Source of the DNA: Candidatus Parcubacteria bacterium
Lineage (GTDB): Bacteria; Patescibacteriota; Minisyncoccia; Sungbacterales; SURF-37
Assembly: GCA_003599755.1 (NCBI GenBank)
Contig: QZJO01000011.1
Coordinates: 2,424-66,423, forward strand
Direction: 5' to 3'
Length of the DNA: 64,000 nucleotides
Both the position numbers and the translations under genes were made by a program. Of the stretch, positions 55,392-64,000 are shown in pieces (within the stretch, counting starts at the first letter, position 1; every line of letters starts with the position of its first letter). The notes below the pieces were generated by a model. It had not been told where the DNA came from, did not search any database, and saw nothing but the letters and a program-made list of their open reading frames with translations.

Positions 55392-57002
55392 TCAGTGTCT
55401 GAAGCCGCGGATCTTGCGGTCCGGGGCGGTGATCATGCGCCGCCCGTCTTGACAGAACGCGTTGAGAACCGATTTATCGCGGATTGAACCGGTGGAAGCG
55501 AGTAGTGTGTGGACGCCAGCATCGCGGAGCACTTCTGCGCCGTCCGGAAACGGAAAGAAGCTGTCACTGTACGCCGCCGCGCCTGCGATGGAATGTCCGG
55601 CGCGCTGTGCGAGGAGTACGGCGATGTGGGCCCCGAACCAGCGGTCCTTCTGGCCGACGCCGTTGCCGATCAGCATCCGATTGCGGACGATGCTGATGGT
55701 GTTCGAGAAGGAAGTACTGCCGACCGCCCAGGCGAGCATCATGTCATCCTCATCCTGAAGCGGCGGCATCCCGTGGTCCGCGGCGTCGTGGTACTTCAGG
55801 TCAGGATCTCTGAGGTTCAGCACATAGGTATAGTTCGGCTGGGTGACCCAGCCGCCGCGGATAGAGCGCATGCGCGGCGCCGTATCCAAGCTGTAGCGCG
55901 AGAGATTCTCGAGTGCCTGATTCGCGAGGAAACGGCATTCACCCTTTTTACGCTCCAGGCGTTCCACTGCGCTGTCGGTAAATGCAGGCGCCATAATGCC
56001 GCTGATGACGCGTCGCTGGCCGGGTGGCATGCCATGAGTGAGCAGGAGTTCGGCGATATCGTCATCCACCGGGAAGTTGAACCCCATGAAGCCGCCGAAG
56101 ATGGCGATCGGATCGCCATCGATCATGTTGCGGACGGCTGTATCGCGGTATGAACTGACCGCCGCGCCGCACGGATTTGTGTGCTTATCTGCGACGGCGA
56201 TGTACGGTACATAGCCACGGTTGACATCCCAGACAGCCGCGATGTGCGTTGTGGTCTGAAGCACCGCATCCGCATCGACGAGGTTGTTGTAGCTCGGCGC
56301 ATTGCCGGCCAGTTGCTTGAAGTTGTGCAGAGCGAGCGGATCTTCCCAGCCGCCGGCATAGTGCGCCGCTGGCGACTGCCATGGGTTTTCGCCGTAGGCG
56401 CATTCCTGGACCCGTTCGCCGATGAAGCCGTTGATCGCGCCGCGGCTTAGAAAGCGCGCGGAGTCGAGACTGTAGCGCGCGACGCGGCCTTCGGTGATGC
56501 CGGCCATGCGTCGTCGCAGCATGAACGAATCGAGATCTGGCGATTCGATAGCGGCCAGCGCTATGCCATAGTCCTTGGGGCTGCTCACGATGAGCCGCCG
56601 GCCCTTAGCGGCGGAGCGCAGCATGGCCGGACCGCCGATGTCGGTGAGCGCGAGAACGGATTCTTCGGTCGCATCCGGCAAGGCGATCGCTTCCTCGAGC
56701 GGGTAGAGCCCGACGCAGAGCAAGTCGAAGCGCGGTATACCGCGCTCTTCCCGTTCGATCTCCTGCTCCGGGCCGGTGATGAGGCCGCCGTGGATCTTCG
56801 GGTGGAGCGTGACCACGCGGTGATCCAGCATGGCTGGCTCGCCGGTGATGCCGGCCACATCGGTGACCGGGAAGCCCGCCTTGGCGAGGAACTTCGCGGT
56901 GCCGCCGGACGAGACGAGTTCCCAGCCGCGTTCGTGTAGTGCGCGCGCGAAGTCGAGAAACGGCTCATCCTTCTTGTAGACTGACAGGAGCGCTCGGGGC
57001 AT
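55392..57002 (-). CDS. purH: Bifunctional AICAR transformylase/IMP cyclohydrolase (divergent)
   Basis: ALLSVYKK, SSGGTA, TLHP, DIGGP, YGENP, KHTNPCG, SDSFFPFPD; SD AAAGGAG. Confidence 0.9.
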   Translation of the reverse strand: MPRALLSVYKKDEPFLDFARALHERGWELVSSGGTAKFLAKAGFPVTDVAGITGEPAMLDHRVVTLHPKIHGGLITGPEQEIEREERGIPRFDLLCVGLYPLEEAIALPDATEESVLALTDIGGPAMLRSAAKGRRLIVSSPKDYGIALAAIESPDLDSFMLRRRMAGITEGRVARYSLDSARFLSRGAINGFIGERVQECAYGENPWQSPAAHYAGGWEDPLALHNFKQLAGNAPSYNNLVDADAVLQTTTHIAAVWDVNRGYVPYIAVADKHTNPCGAAVSSYRDTAVRNMIDGDPIAIFGGFMGFNFPVDDDIAELLLTHGMPPGQRRVISGIMAPAFTDSAVERLERKKGECRFLANQALENLSRYSLDTAPRMRSIRGGWVTQPNYTYVLNLRDPDLKYHDAADHGMPPLQDEDDMMLAWAVGSTSFSNTISIVRNRMLIGNGVGQKDRWFGAHIAVLLAQRAGHSIAGAAAYSDSFFPFPDGAEVLRDAGVHTLLASTGSIRDKSVLNAFCQDGRRMITAPDRKIRGFRH

Positions 57003-57122
57003 GGTTGATTCTCCTTTCTCAAGGTGCGGGCGCGGCGGGATGCGCTGATAGATCAGCGCGGGAACGAAACTGCCTTATTGGTAGCTGAAATAGCGCTTTT
57101 GGGCAATTGAAAAATTCCGACG

Positions 57123-57154
57123 ACATTCTAACATTCTTGAGAATGTTGGAATGT
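57123..57154. repeat. AT-rich 32-bp palindrome
   Basis: ACATTCTAACATTCT-TG-AGAATGTTGGAATGT. Confidence 0.75.
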
Positions 57155-57197
57155 TGATCCGGGGAGAATCAGCTACCAAATATACGGAGAAGACCGG

Positions 57198-57551
57198 CTA
57201 CTGCAGCGCGTCGATTTTGGCGGCGAGGATAAAATCGTTTTCCGAAAGCCCGCCGATGGCATGCGTCCAGAGCTCCAGTGCCACGTTGTCGTAATCTACT
57301 TCGATCGTGGGATGATGCTTTTCTGATTCTGCGAGAGCCGCGACTTTGTCCACGAAGTCCACGGCTTGCTTGAAATCCGCGAATTTGAATTCCCGCCGGA
57401 TCTTTTTGCCGTCGATGATATTCCAAGCCAGATCGATTTCCGGCTGCAGTCGCTCGATGGCATCGTGATCCAGTGGCGGCATGCCGCCTTCGCACGGAAC
57501 GCATTTTTTCTCGCGCAGCGATCCCCATTTTGGCAGATCTTTTTGATCCAT
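57198..57551 (-). CDS. Pterin-4-alpha-carbinolamine dehydratase
   Basis: CVPCEGG, AESEKHHP, WTHAIGGLSENDFILAAKID. Confidence 0.93.
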   Translation of the reverse strand: MDQKDLPKWGSLREKKCVPCEGGMPPLDHDAIERLQPEIDLAWNIIDGKKIRREFKFADFKQAVDFVDKVAALAESEKHHPTIEVDYDNVALELWTHAIGGLSENDFILAAKIDALQ

Positions 57552-57566
57552 AGTTTCAGGTTGTTA

Positions 57567-57986
57567 TTACGATTTTTGGAGATCGAGGCAAACCGAATTG
57601 ATGCAGTAGCGCTTCCCGCCTTTTTCGGCCGGGCCGCCCGCCTTGTCTCGCGGCAGGTCATCGAATACATGCCCCAGATGCGAGCCGCAGCGTTTGCAGC
57701 GCACTTCGACGCGATGCATGCCGTGCGATGTATCTTCGCGTAATTCTATGTTCTCGCGGTTCGCGGCTTCTGTGAAGCTCGGCCAGCCGGTGCCCGAGTC
57801 GAATTTCGTGTTCGATGAAAACAACTCAGCCCCGCAAGCCGCACAGCGGTACATCCCTTCTTCATGCGAGTCGACATATTTGCCGGTAAAGGGGGCCTCG
57901 GTCCCCTGCTCGCGCATGACATGGTATTGCTCCGGCGTGAGCTTTTGCTTTAGTTCCTCTTCGGTCGGCGTTGTACGGTCAGGCAT
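57567..57986 (-). CDS. msrB: Peptide methionine (R)-sulfoxide reductase
   Basis: GTEAPF, SGTGWPSF, HLGHVF, RYCINS; carries a 7-aa insertion. Confidence 0.96.
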   Translation of the reverse strand: MPDRTTPTEEELKQKLTPEQYHVMREQGTEAPFTGKYVDSHEEGMYRCAACGAELFSSNTKFDSGTGWPSFTEAANRENIELREDTSHGMHRVEVRCKRCGSHLGHVFDDLPRDKAGGPAEKGGKRYCINSVCLDLQKS

Positions 57987-58000
57987 AGAACCCGCAGAAA

Positions 58001-59191
58001 TTATTGGATATGAGATGGAAAGCGCGGTGCTCTTCGGCGCTCGAGCCGCGCCAGCGCCCGATCGCGCTCTTGCGGCGCCCAGCGCGCACGGCGCACGGCC
58101 GCGGCAAGAATGCTAATGACTTCGTCATAGGTTGGCCGGTCCACGGGGTACGGTGTCGCATCCTTGCCGCCGTGGGCGAAGCTGTAGCGCGCCGGGTCTT
58201 CGTATGACGGCTTTGCGCCATAAATTATTTCGCCGACGAGGGCCAATGCGCGCACGGTTTTCGGGCCCACGCCCTCGGTGGCGACGAGCGCTTCATAATT
58301 CTTCGGCTTGTCGCCGGCCAGGCGGCCGAGAATTTTGTCCAGGTACCGACTTTTTGAAAAATTTTCGTATACCACGGGATGATGTCTGAATTCGGTGTCG
58401 GCGAGTTCGAGGAGTGTGAGTTGCCTGCCCGTTCTGCCGTTAGCCATTTTCACCATGCGCGAAAGCGAGGAAGAATGTTTGCGCAAGATCGTGACGTCCT
58501 TCATGAGCGCGGGTAGGCCGGCATTGACCATATCGACCGAAAGCGCGCGCGTGGCCGCGCTTTGCCGCGAGACCAGGTTTAGCGCCTTAGACACTGTCGC
58601 TTCCGAAGCGATTGCCGCATGCGGCTCGGATACCAAGTCCTGGGCGCTTTCGGAATGCCAGTGGTATCGGCGCGCCGCGCCCGCATCGGCATTCATCCCC
58701 TGCTGCACCACGGCCCAGGCGCCGGTTCGCGAAAAGAAGAAGCTGTGATGGTAAATCTGGAATCCGTCCTGCACGAGCGCTGAATCTACTTTGGCGCTCA
58801 TTTTTGAATTATAGGCAAGGTTTCTGATTTTGTTTTCGGCCAAATATATCCGGTCGCCCCATTGGAGAATTTCTTCGGGCGTGCGGCGCGAGGTTTTGCC
58901 TTTGCCGCCGCAGATGAATACGCCCAGGTCCTTTTCCTGTCCGCGGATGGCCTCTTTGAGCGCGGCGGTCAGGATCGTGGTCAGGCCCGAGGCATTCCAG
59001 TCGAATGCCAGCACCGTACCGAGCGATTGGAACCAGACCGGATCGGCAATGCGCCGGACAAACTCGTCCGGTCCGAATTCGTCCACGAGCACCTCGGTCA
59101 CGCTCCGGCCCAGGCGCACCATGCGCGCAAAGAGCCACGGCGGGCAGCGGCCGGTATCGAGCGTGAATGTGGCGATACCGCGGTGAATCAT
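58001..59191 (-). CDS. DUF763 family protein
   Basis: PPWLF.RM, DPVWFQS, DWNASGLTT, SAKVDSALVQDGF, FAHGGKD..PYPV. Confidence 0.9.
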   Translation of the reverse strand: MIHRGIATFTLDTGRCPPWLFARMVRLGRSVTEVLVDEFGPDEFVRRIADPVWFQSLGTVLAFDWNASGLTTILTAALKEAIRGQEKDLGVFICGGKGKTSRRTPEEILQWGDRIYLAENKIRNLAYNSKMSAKVDSALVQDGFQIYHHSFFFSRTGAWAVVQQGMNADAGAARRYHWHSESAQDLVSEPHAAIASEATVSKALNLVSRQSAATRALSVDMVNAGLPALMKDVTILRKHSSSLSRMVKMANGRTGRQLTLLELADTEFRHHPVVYENFSKSRYLDKILGRLAGDKPKNYEALVATEGVGPKTVRALALVGEIIYGAKPSYEDPARYSFAHGGKDATPYPVDRPTYDEVISILAAAVRRARWAPQERDRALARLERRRAPRFPSHIQ

Positions 59192-59230
59192 ACGCTCATC
59201 ATACCAGTCCTTGATGAGACGAAGAATGCT

Positions 59231-59274
59231 CGCCTGCTCGCCTCGCTGAAACTTGTGCGAAGCGGGCCGGACGG
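59231..59274. repeat. 44-bp composite palindromic element, intergenic copy
   Basis: 42/44 identical to 59890-59933. Confidence 0.85.
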
Positions 59275-59290
59275 ACAGACACCGCGGCCG

Positions 59291-59683
59291 TTACGCGCCG
59301 TCCCGCTTCCTGCGCTTTTTTTCGGCCGCGCGCACGCGATGTTCGTCCATGCCGAAATGGTGCGCGATCTCGTGCCAGACCGTATCGCGCACGATCGCGC
59401 GCACGGCATCGGGCGAATCGGCCGCTGCGATGATGGGTTTGCGAAAAATTGTGATTTTATCCGGCAGCACGCCGAAATAATGTGGTCCGCGGCGCGTATG
59501 GGGGATGCCCTCGTATAATCCGAACAGCGTCATACGGTGCGAGAGACGCATCCTTCTCCTCTGTTCGAGCGAGGGCTCGTCTTCGATGACGACGGCGACG
59601 TTATCGAGCAATTTGGTGAAGCGTTCGGGAATCGCCGCAAGTCCTTCGGCGACCAGTTCCTCGAATTCTTCGGGCGTTACCAT
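59291..59683 (-). CDS. Minimal zincin metallopeptidase (DUF1025-like)
   Basis: LFGLYEG.P, PDKITIFR, HEIAHHFG. Confidence 0.9.
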   Translation of the reverse strand: MVTPEEFEELVAEGLAAIPERFTKLLDNVAVVIEDEPSLEQRRRMRLSHRMTLFGLYEGIPHTRRGPHYFGVLPDKITIFRKPIIAAADSPDAVRAIVRDTVWHEIAHHFGMDEHRVRAAEKKRRKRDGA

Positions 59684-61143
59684 GGGCGATACATCGGACC
59701 GTCGGGCGGGAACCGTCCGCGCCGCTTTTGCGGCGGCTGGCCGGAGTGCCGGCGCGGCTGCGCGCCGCGTTCCTGTTGTCCTTGCGGCCCGCCTGCCGGT
59801 CGGGCAGGCCGCGGTTCGCGCGGCTGAAATCCTTGTCCCTGGGGTCGCGGTCCATTGGGCCCGCGCGAGAATCCTTGCGGCCGATATCCCGCCTGCTCGC
59901 CTCGCTGAAACTTGGGCGAAGCGGGTCGGACGGGCGGGCGGCGCCCTTGCTGACCGCGGCGTTGCGGGAACTGGCGTGGCGGCAACTGCGGCAGGGCGCG
60001 TGCCGGCGGCAATTCAGGAACCGCTGAAATGGGCAACGCCTTGCGCGTGAGGCGCTCGATATCGCGCACCGCTCCCCGCTCTTCCGGCGTCGCAAGCGTG
60101 ATCGCGTGCCCGCCCGCGCCCGCGCGGGCGGTGCGGCCGATCCGATGAACGTAGTCCTCGGCATTGGTCGGCACGTCGTAATTAATGACCAGTTCAATCC
60201 CCGTGACATCAATGCCGCGCGAAGCGATGTCGGTCGCGATGAGTACGCGGTATTTGCCGGTTTTGAAGCCGTCGAGCGCTTCGCGCCGTTGGTTGAGCGA
60301 GCGGTTCGCGTGCAGTTCGGCCGACGTATGGCCCATGGTGCGCACTGCGCGGGCGATTTTCCGTGCGCCGTGCTTCGTCCGCGAAAATACGAGCGTGCTG
60401 CCCTGGTAATCGGTGAGCAGGCGCTCGAGCATCTGGAGTTTTTTGTCGCGTTGCACAATAAAAAGTTCTTGACTGACGCGCTCGGCCGTGGTTCCGGGCG
60501 GTGCGATTTCCACGCGGATGGGCAGCTTCATGTACCGCGTGGCCATGGCCGTGATCTCCGGCGGCATAGTCGCCGAAAACAGCATGGTCTGGCGCTCGCG
60601 CGGCAGAGTTTGGAAGATGCGCTGAATTTGAGGCGCAAAACCCATGTCGAGCATGCGATCGGCCTCGTCGAGCACCGCGATCTGTACCCGGTCGAGCAAA
60701 ACGGTTTTTTGGTTGAGATGGTCGATCAAGCGGCCGGGCGTGGCGATGACGATGTGCGGATTCTGCCGTATAGCGGCGACTTGCGGACCGAGCGACATTC
60801 CGCCGATAAGCACCGCGGTGCGCAGCCCCAAGCCGTCGCCGACGCGATGCAGCATCTCGTCTACCTGGAGTGCGAGCTCCCGCGTGGGCAGTACGACCAG
60901 GCCTTGGCCTTTGGACTGGGCGAGGCGTTGGATCATCGGGATGCCGAAGGCAAGGGTTTTGCCCGTACCGGTCTGGGCGATGCCGACTACGTCCTTGCCC
61001 TGAATCGCGACCGGAATGGATTGGCGCTGGATGGGCGTGGGCTGGACGAATTGCATCCGCGCAAGAATTTCCAAAAACGCCGGCGCGATGCCGAGACCAT
61101 GGAATCCCGTTTCAGCGGGAGTATTGCCCGAATGCGGAGACAT
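59677..61143 (-). CDS. DEAD-box RNA helicase
   Basis: AQTGTGKT, PTRELA, DEAD, SAT, HRIGRTAR; low-complexity C tail. Confidence 0.96.
   Translation of the reverse strand: MSPHSGNTPAETGFHGLGIAPAFLEILARMQFVQPTPIQRQSIPVAIQGKDVVGIAQTGTGKTLAFGIPMIQRLAQSKGQGLVVLPTRELALQVDEMLHRVGDGLGLRTAVLIGGMSLGPQVAAIRQNPHIVIATPGRLIDHLNQKTVLLDRVQIAVLDEADRMLDMGFAPQIQRIFQTLPRERQTMLFSATMPPEITAMATRYMKLPIRVEIAPPGTTAERVSQELFIVQRDKKLQMLERLLTDYQGSTLVFSRTKHGARKIARAVRTMGHTSAELHANRSLNQRREALDGFKTGKYRVLIATDIASRGIDVTGIELVINYDVPTNAEDYVHRIGRTARAGAGGHAITLATPEERGAVRDIERLTRKALPISAVPELPPARALPQLPPRQFPQRRGQQGRRPPVRPASPKFQRGEQAGYRPQGFSRGPNGPRPQGQGFQPREPRPARPAGGPQGQQERGAQPRRHSGQPPQKRRGRFPPDGPMYRPW
59890..59933. repeat. 44-bp composite palindromic element, in-frame copy in helicase tail
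   Basis: 42/44 identical to 59231-59274; encodes PVRPASPKFQRGEQA. Confidence 0.85.
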
Positions 61144-61167
61144 GTGCGCGGAGCGATGCCGGGGCCG

Positions 61168-61842
61168 TTACTGCCCGGTTTGGGCGACCTCGACGCTCGT
61201 GATGGTTATCGGCTGGAGCGGGCGGTCGCTTTCGCTGACCGCAACCCCGCCGATCGCGTCCACGACGTCCTGTCCCGCCACGACGGTTCCAAAGATCGTG
61301 TAGTTACGGGGCAGGGGCGTGTCCTGGAGCATGATGAAAAACTGGCTGCCGTTGGTATGGGGACCCGCGTTGGCCATAGCCACGATCCCCTTCTTGTAGC
61401 CGTTGCGGTAGCTTTCGGTGTCGGGATTCAATTCATCGTTGAACATGTATCCCGGGCCGCCGGCTCCGCAGGGACCCGTGGCGCGGCTCGGGGTGCAGTT
61501 GGGGTCGCCGCCTTGGATGACGAAATTTTTCACGACGCGATGGAACGTCAGGCCATCGTAGAAGCCGGATGCGGCGAGCGTAACGAAATTCTCGACCGTG
61601 CGCGGCGCGTCGGCGTCAAAGGTTTCGAATGTGATATCGCCGCTTGAGGTATGGAGGGTGATGCGATGCATGCGGTTTTGGGTATTGGTCGGCGGCGGCG
61701 TCGGTGCCGCGCCGGCGGGAGGATTAATGGATGGCGAAGCGGTCTCGGGTACGGGTTCGGGCGCGAGGAACGCGAAATAGCCGGCCGCGCCGATCATCGT
61801 GATGCCAATAACGATAAATGCGATGGTACGAAAGGAATTCAT
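61168..61842 (-). CDS. Membrane-anchored cyclophilin-type peptidyl-prolyl isomerase
   Basis: APRTVENF, FHRVV..FVIQGGDP, AMANAGPHTNGSQFFI. Confidence 0.94.
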   Translation of the reverse strand: MNSFRTIAFIVIGITMIGAAGYFAFLAPEPVPETASPSINPPAGAAPTPPPTNTQNRMHRITLHTSSGDITFETFDADAPRTVENFVTLAASGFYDGLTFHRVVKNFVIQGGDPNCTPSRATGPCGAGGPGYMFNDELNPDTESYRNGYKKGIVAMANAGPHTNGSQFFIMLQDTPLPRNYTIFGTVVAGQDVVDAIGGVAVSESDRPLQPITITSVEVAQTGQ

Positions 61843-61903
61843 CGGAGGTCTAAGCTCTTTTGAAATAGCACGATTTGGGGCGTCGCGCAAGCAGTACGCG
61901 CAT

Positions 61904-62854
61904 TCAGCGGATGCTTTGGATGATATCGATCGGCATGCCGCCGCCCAAAAGCACGGACGCCGCGCCGCGGCTCGCCGGATGGAACGACCATGCACCGGGA
62001 AATTCGAAGAACTTCGGTTGGCCGAGCGCGAACCAGACGAGCGCGCCCGCGATGCCAAGCGCGATGAGCGCGACCAAACGCCCGCGAAGGCGTTTGGCGA
62101 CGCGCGGTTCGCGCGCGGTATGCGCCCGAGCCAGATCCTGCCACAGGCGCCAAGAAAATATGACGCCCAGCGGCAGTGCGATCGCGTTGAAGAATACGAT
62201 CTGGGTGAGCGGGAGAATCATGGCAGGCGCCTCCTTAAGCGAGGCGAACGCCATTCGTCCGGCAATGCTGGCGATAATGCTTATGAGTATGCCAAGCGCG
62301 GCAATCATGACGGCGAACGCAAGAAAGCGCCAAGCGACCGAAAGCCAACTGCCGCGCACGGCCTGCCAGCTTGCCACGAGCGCGGCAAGGCCGGTTTTGT
62401 GGCCGCCGACGAGCGCATAGGCGGGAAACGAAAGCCATACGGAAAGGAGGATCCCGGGCAGCACGAACAGGACCATGCCGCCGAGGATAGCGATTCCGGC
62501 CAAGATGCTGATCCAGAGGAACGGCCCGAAGAATGCCACGGCGTGTTGATACGCGCCGGTGACGCCGCCGGCCGGGGCGCCGCGTTCGGAAACTGTCGCG
62601 ATGAACGCGAGCCGGCCGAGCAGCGTCGCGATGCCGCTCAATAAAAATGCAATGGCGGCGATGGGTAACGGACTTTCCTCGAGTAAGAGCGCGACGAGCG
62701 AGACGGCGGTCGGCACGGTGCTGATGCCGATAAAGATGCGCGCATGCCGCTGATAAAACATCCATGCGCCGAGCATCAATTCTCCCGCCGAGACGAGCGG
62801 TGGGCGGCGAACGGGTTCCAGCGCGATGCTTGGCGCAAGCGATGAGAGGGCCAT
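61904..62854 (-). CDS. Polytopic membrane protein (GPDPase membrane domain-like)
   Basis: LPGILLSVWLSF, ALVASWQAVRG.W..V..R pattern. Confidence 0.7.
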   Translation of the reverse strand: MALSSLAPSIALEPVRRPPLVSAGELMLGAWMFYQRHARIFIGISTVPTAVSLVALLLEESPLPIAAIAFLLSGIATLLGRLAFIATVSERGAPAGGVTGAYQHAVAFFGPFLWISILAGIAILGGMVLFVLPGILLSVWLSFPAYALVGGHKTGLAALVASWQAVRGSWLSVAWRFLAFAVMIAALGILISIIASIAGRMAFASLKEAPAMILPLTQIVFFNAIALPLGVIFSWRLWQDLARAHTAREPRVAKRLRGRLVALIALGIAGALVWFALGQPKFFEFPGAWSFHPASRGAASVLLGGGMPIDIIQSIR

Positions 62855-63028
62855 GGGATCCTTTCTATTAGAACATCCGTTGTCCGAACGGACAACGCGC
62901 TATTGAAGCAGCGGCGGTATGGCTGGTTGTGGCGGCGGTTCTGTCCGTGGAGCGGGCGCGGGAGCGGCGGGACGTTCGGTCACCAGCGGCTGCGCAAGGC
63001 GCCAAAGATATTCCAGCCGAACCGCTGA

Positions 63029-63685
63029 TTATCGAAGTTGCGCAAGGTCGGCCAGTGCCAGGGCCTTGTCGAGCGTAAAATCCCCCACCCGCGTGCGCTC
63101 AAGGGCTGCCAGATACCCGCCGGTGCCGAGTGTCGCGCCAAGATCGCGTGCGAGCGCGCGGATATATACGCCCGGACCCGTGAGGATGCGGAGCCGAAGG
63201 TCTGGCCAGGCATAGCTCAAGAGTTCGATCGCATAAATGGAAACCGTGCGCGGTCGCATGACGGGCATCTCGCCCCTGCGCGCGCGTCGATGCGCGCTCA
63301 TGCCGCTGATTTTGAGGGCGCTGAAGGCAGGCGGCGTCTGTTCGATAGTACCGGCGAATTGTTGCAGCACGGCGCGGACCGCTTCTTCCGAGGGCGCGAT
63401 GGCAGCCGGCTGTTCGCTGATCGGGCCCTCGGCATCGTCCGTGGCGCTGGTCGCGCCGAGGCGCACGGTCGCGATGTATTCTTTTTCGGCGCCGACGATA
63501 TTCTTGAGCTTGCGCGTCGCCTCCCGGCCGATGCCAATAACGAGCACGCCGGATGCGAGCGGATCGAGCGTTCCGGCATGGCCTACGGTTTTCTCCCCAC
63601 TTGCCCGGCGCACGGCGTCAACCACGTCATGCGACGTGGGACCGACGGGCTTGGCGACGGCGATGATTCGGTCCGCATTTACCAT
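63029..63685 (-). CDS. truB: tRNA pseudouridine(55) synthase
   Basis: KPVGPTSHD, GHAGTLDPLASGVL, PPAFSALK, GVYIRALARD. Confidence 0.96.
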   Translation of the reverse strand: MVNADRIIAVAKPVGPTSHDVVDAVRRASGEKTVGHAGTLDPLASGVLVIGIGREATRKLKNIVGAEKEYIATVRLGATSATDDAEGPISEQPAAIAPSEEAVRAVLQQFAGTIEQTPPAFSALKISGMSAHRRARRGEMPVMRPRTVSIYAIELLSYAWPDLRLRILTGPGVYIRALARDLGATLGTGGYLAALERTRVGDFTLDKALALADLAQLR

Positions 63686-64000
63686 AGAGTATCGCCGGAC
63701 GCTATATTGAGATGCCGGGCAGCATTTCCGCCTTGCATCACGATCTCGAGAAAGCGCTTTCGACCAAGGCCCGAGCTACCAGTGATGAGCGCTGTCTTAT
63801 TGTCCGGTACGTTGCGCAGCGCGGGGATAAATGCCAGGGGACCGTGTCGCGTAGAGAGCGACGCTCCCGGCATCAGCGCGAGCTCATCCGACGTGATCGT
63901 TGTCTTGCAATTTCCGAAATTATCTACCCACCAGACGGCATGGGGCGCATCTGGAATTGCCTCCCAGGATAAAGGAGTACCGGCTGCATGTTTATGACGT
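63679..64000 (-). CDS. Partial: C-terminus of SAM hydroxide adenosyltransferase (DUF62)-like protein
   Basis: WVDNFGNCKTT, GSSG...LEIVMQGGNAA..L; frame open to window end. Confidence 0.7.
   Translation of the reverse strand, partial: RHKHAAGTPLSWEAIPDAPHAVWWVDNFGNCKTTITSDELALMPGASLSTRHGPLAFIPALRNVPDNKTALITGSSGLGRKRFLEIVMQGGNAARHLNIASGDTLW

Noticed and set aside
57003-57106. ZTP riboswitch upstream of purH
   Set aside because: Conserved GUGACUGG and CGCCUGGG elements are absent; only a short GCGCTGAT/ATCAGCGC hairpin.
62670-62680. GAGGAAAGTCC (RNase P RNA signature) on minus strand
   Set aside because: Lies in frame inside a membrane-protein CDS (EESP) and no downstream P4 partner motif was seen.

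Overview
A GC-rich, gene-dense bacterial chromosome segment with almost all genes on the minus strand. Gene content suggests Patescibacteria/CPR, probably Parcubacteria (inference): short ATP synthase delta and epsilon, short Obg and DnaX, MutY without an Fe-S motif, and many small membrane or secreted proteins. Core genes include obg, ABC-F, dnaX, ftsK, mutY, atpBEFHAGDC, queA-tgt, purH, msrB, a DEAD-box helicase, truB, a MacAB-like exporter and tRNA-Gln(UUG). I saw no CRISPR array, integrase or transposase. The most interesting signals are non-coding. (1) Several families of 20-45 bp palindromic micro-elements are sometimes nested and sit both between genes and in frame inside msrB, atpD and the DEAD-box gene. 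(2) A perfect 17-bp inverted repeat brackets the ftsK promoter. (3) About ten genes, mostly orphans, are self-contained promoter + strong Shine-Dalgarno + terminator units among SD-less, often apparently leaderless, host genes. (4) Heptamer-periodic inverted-repeat elements recur between genes. (5) There are three candidate structured RNAs and several unannotated small ORFs. All calls come from reading the sequence by eye; no searches or folding were run.
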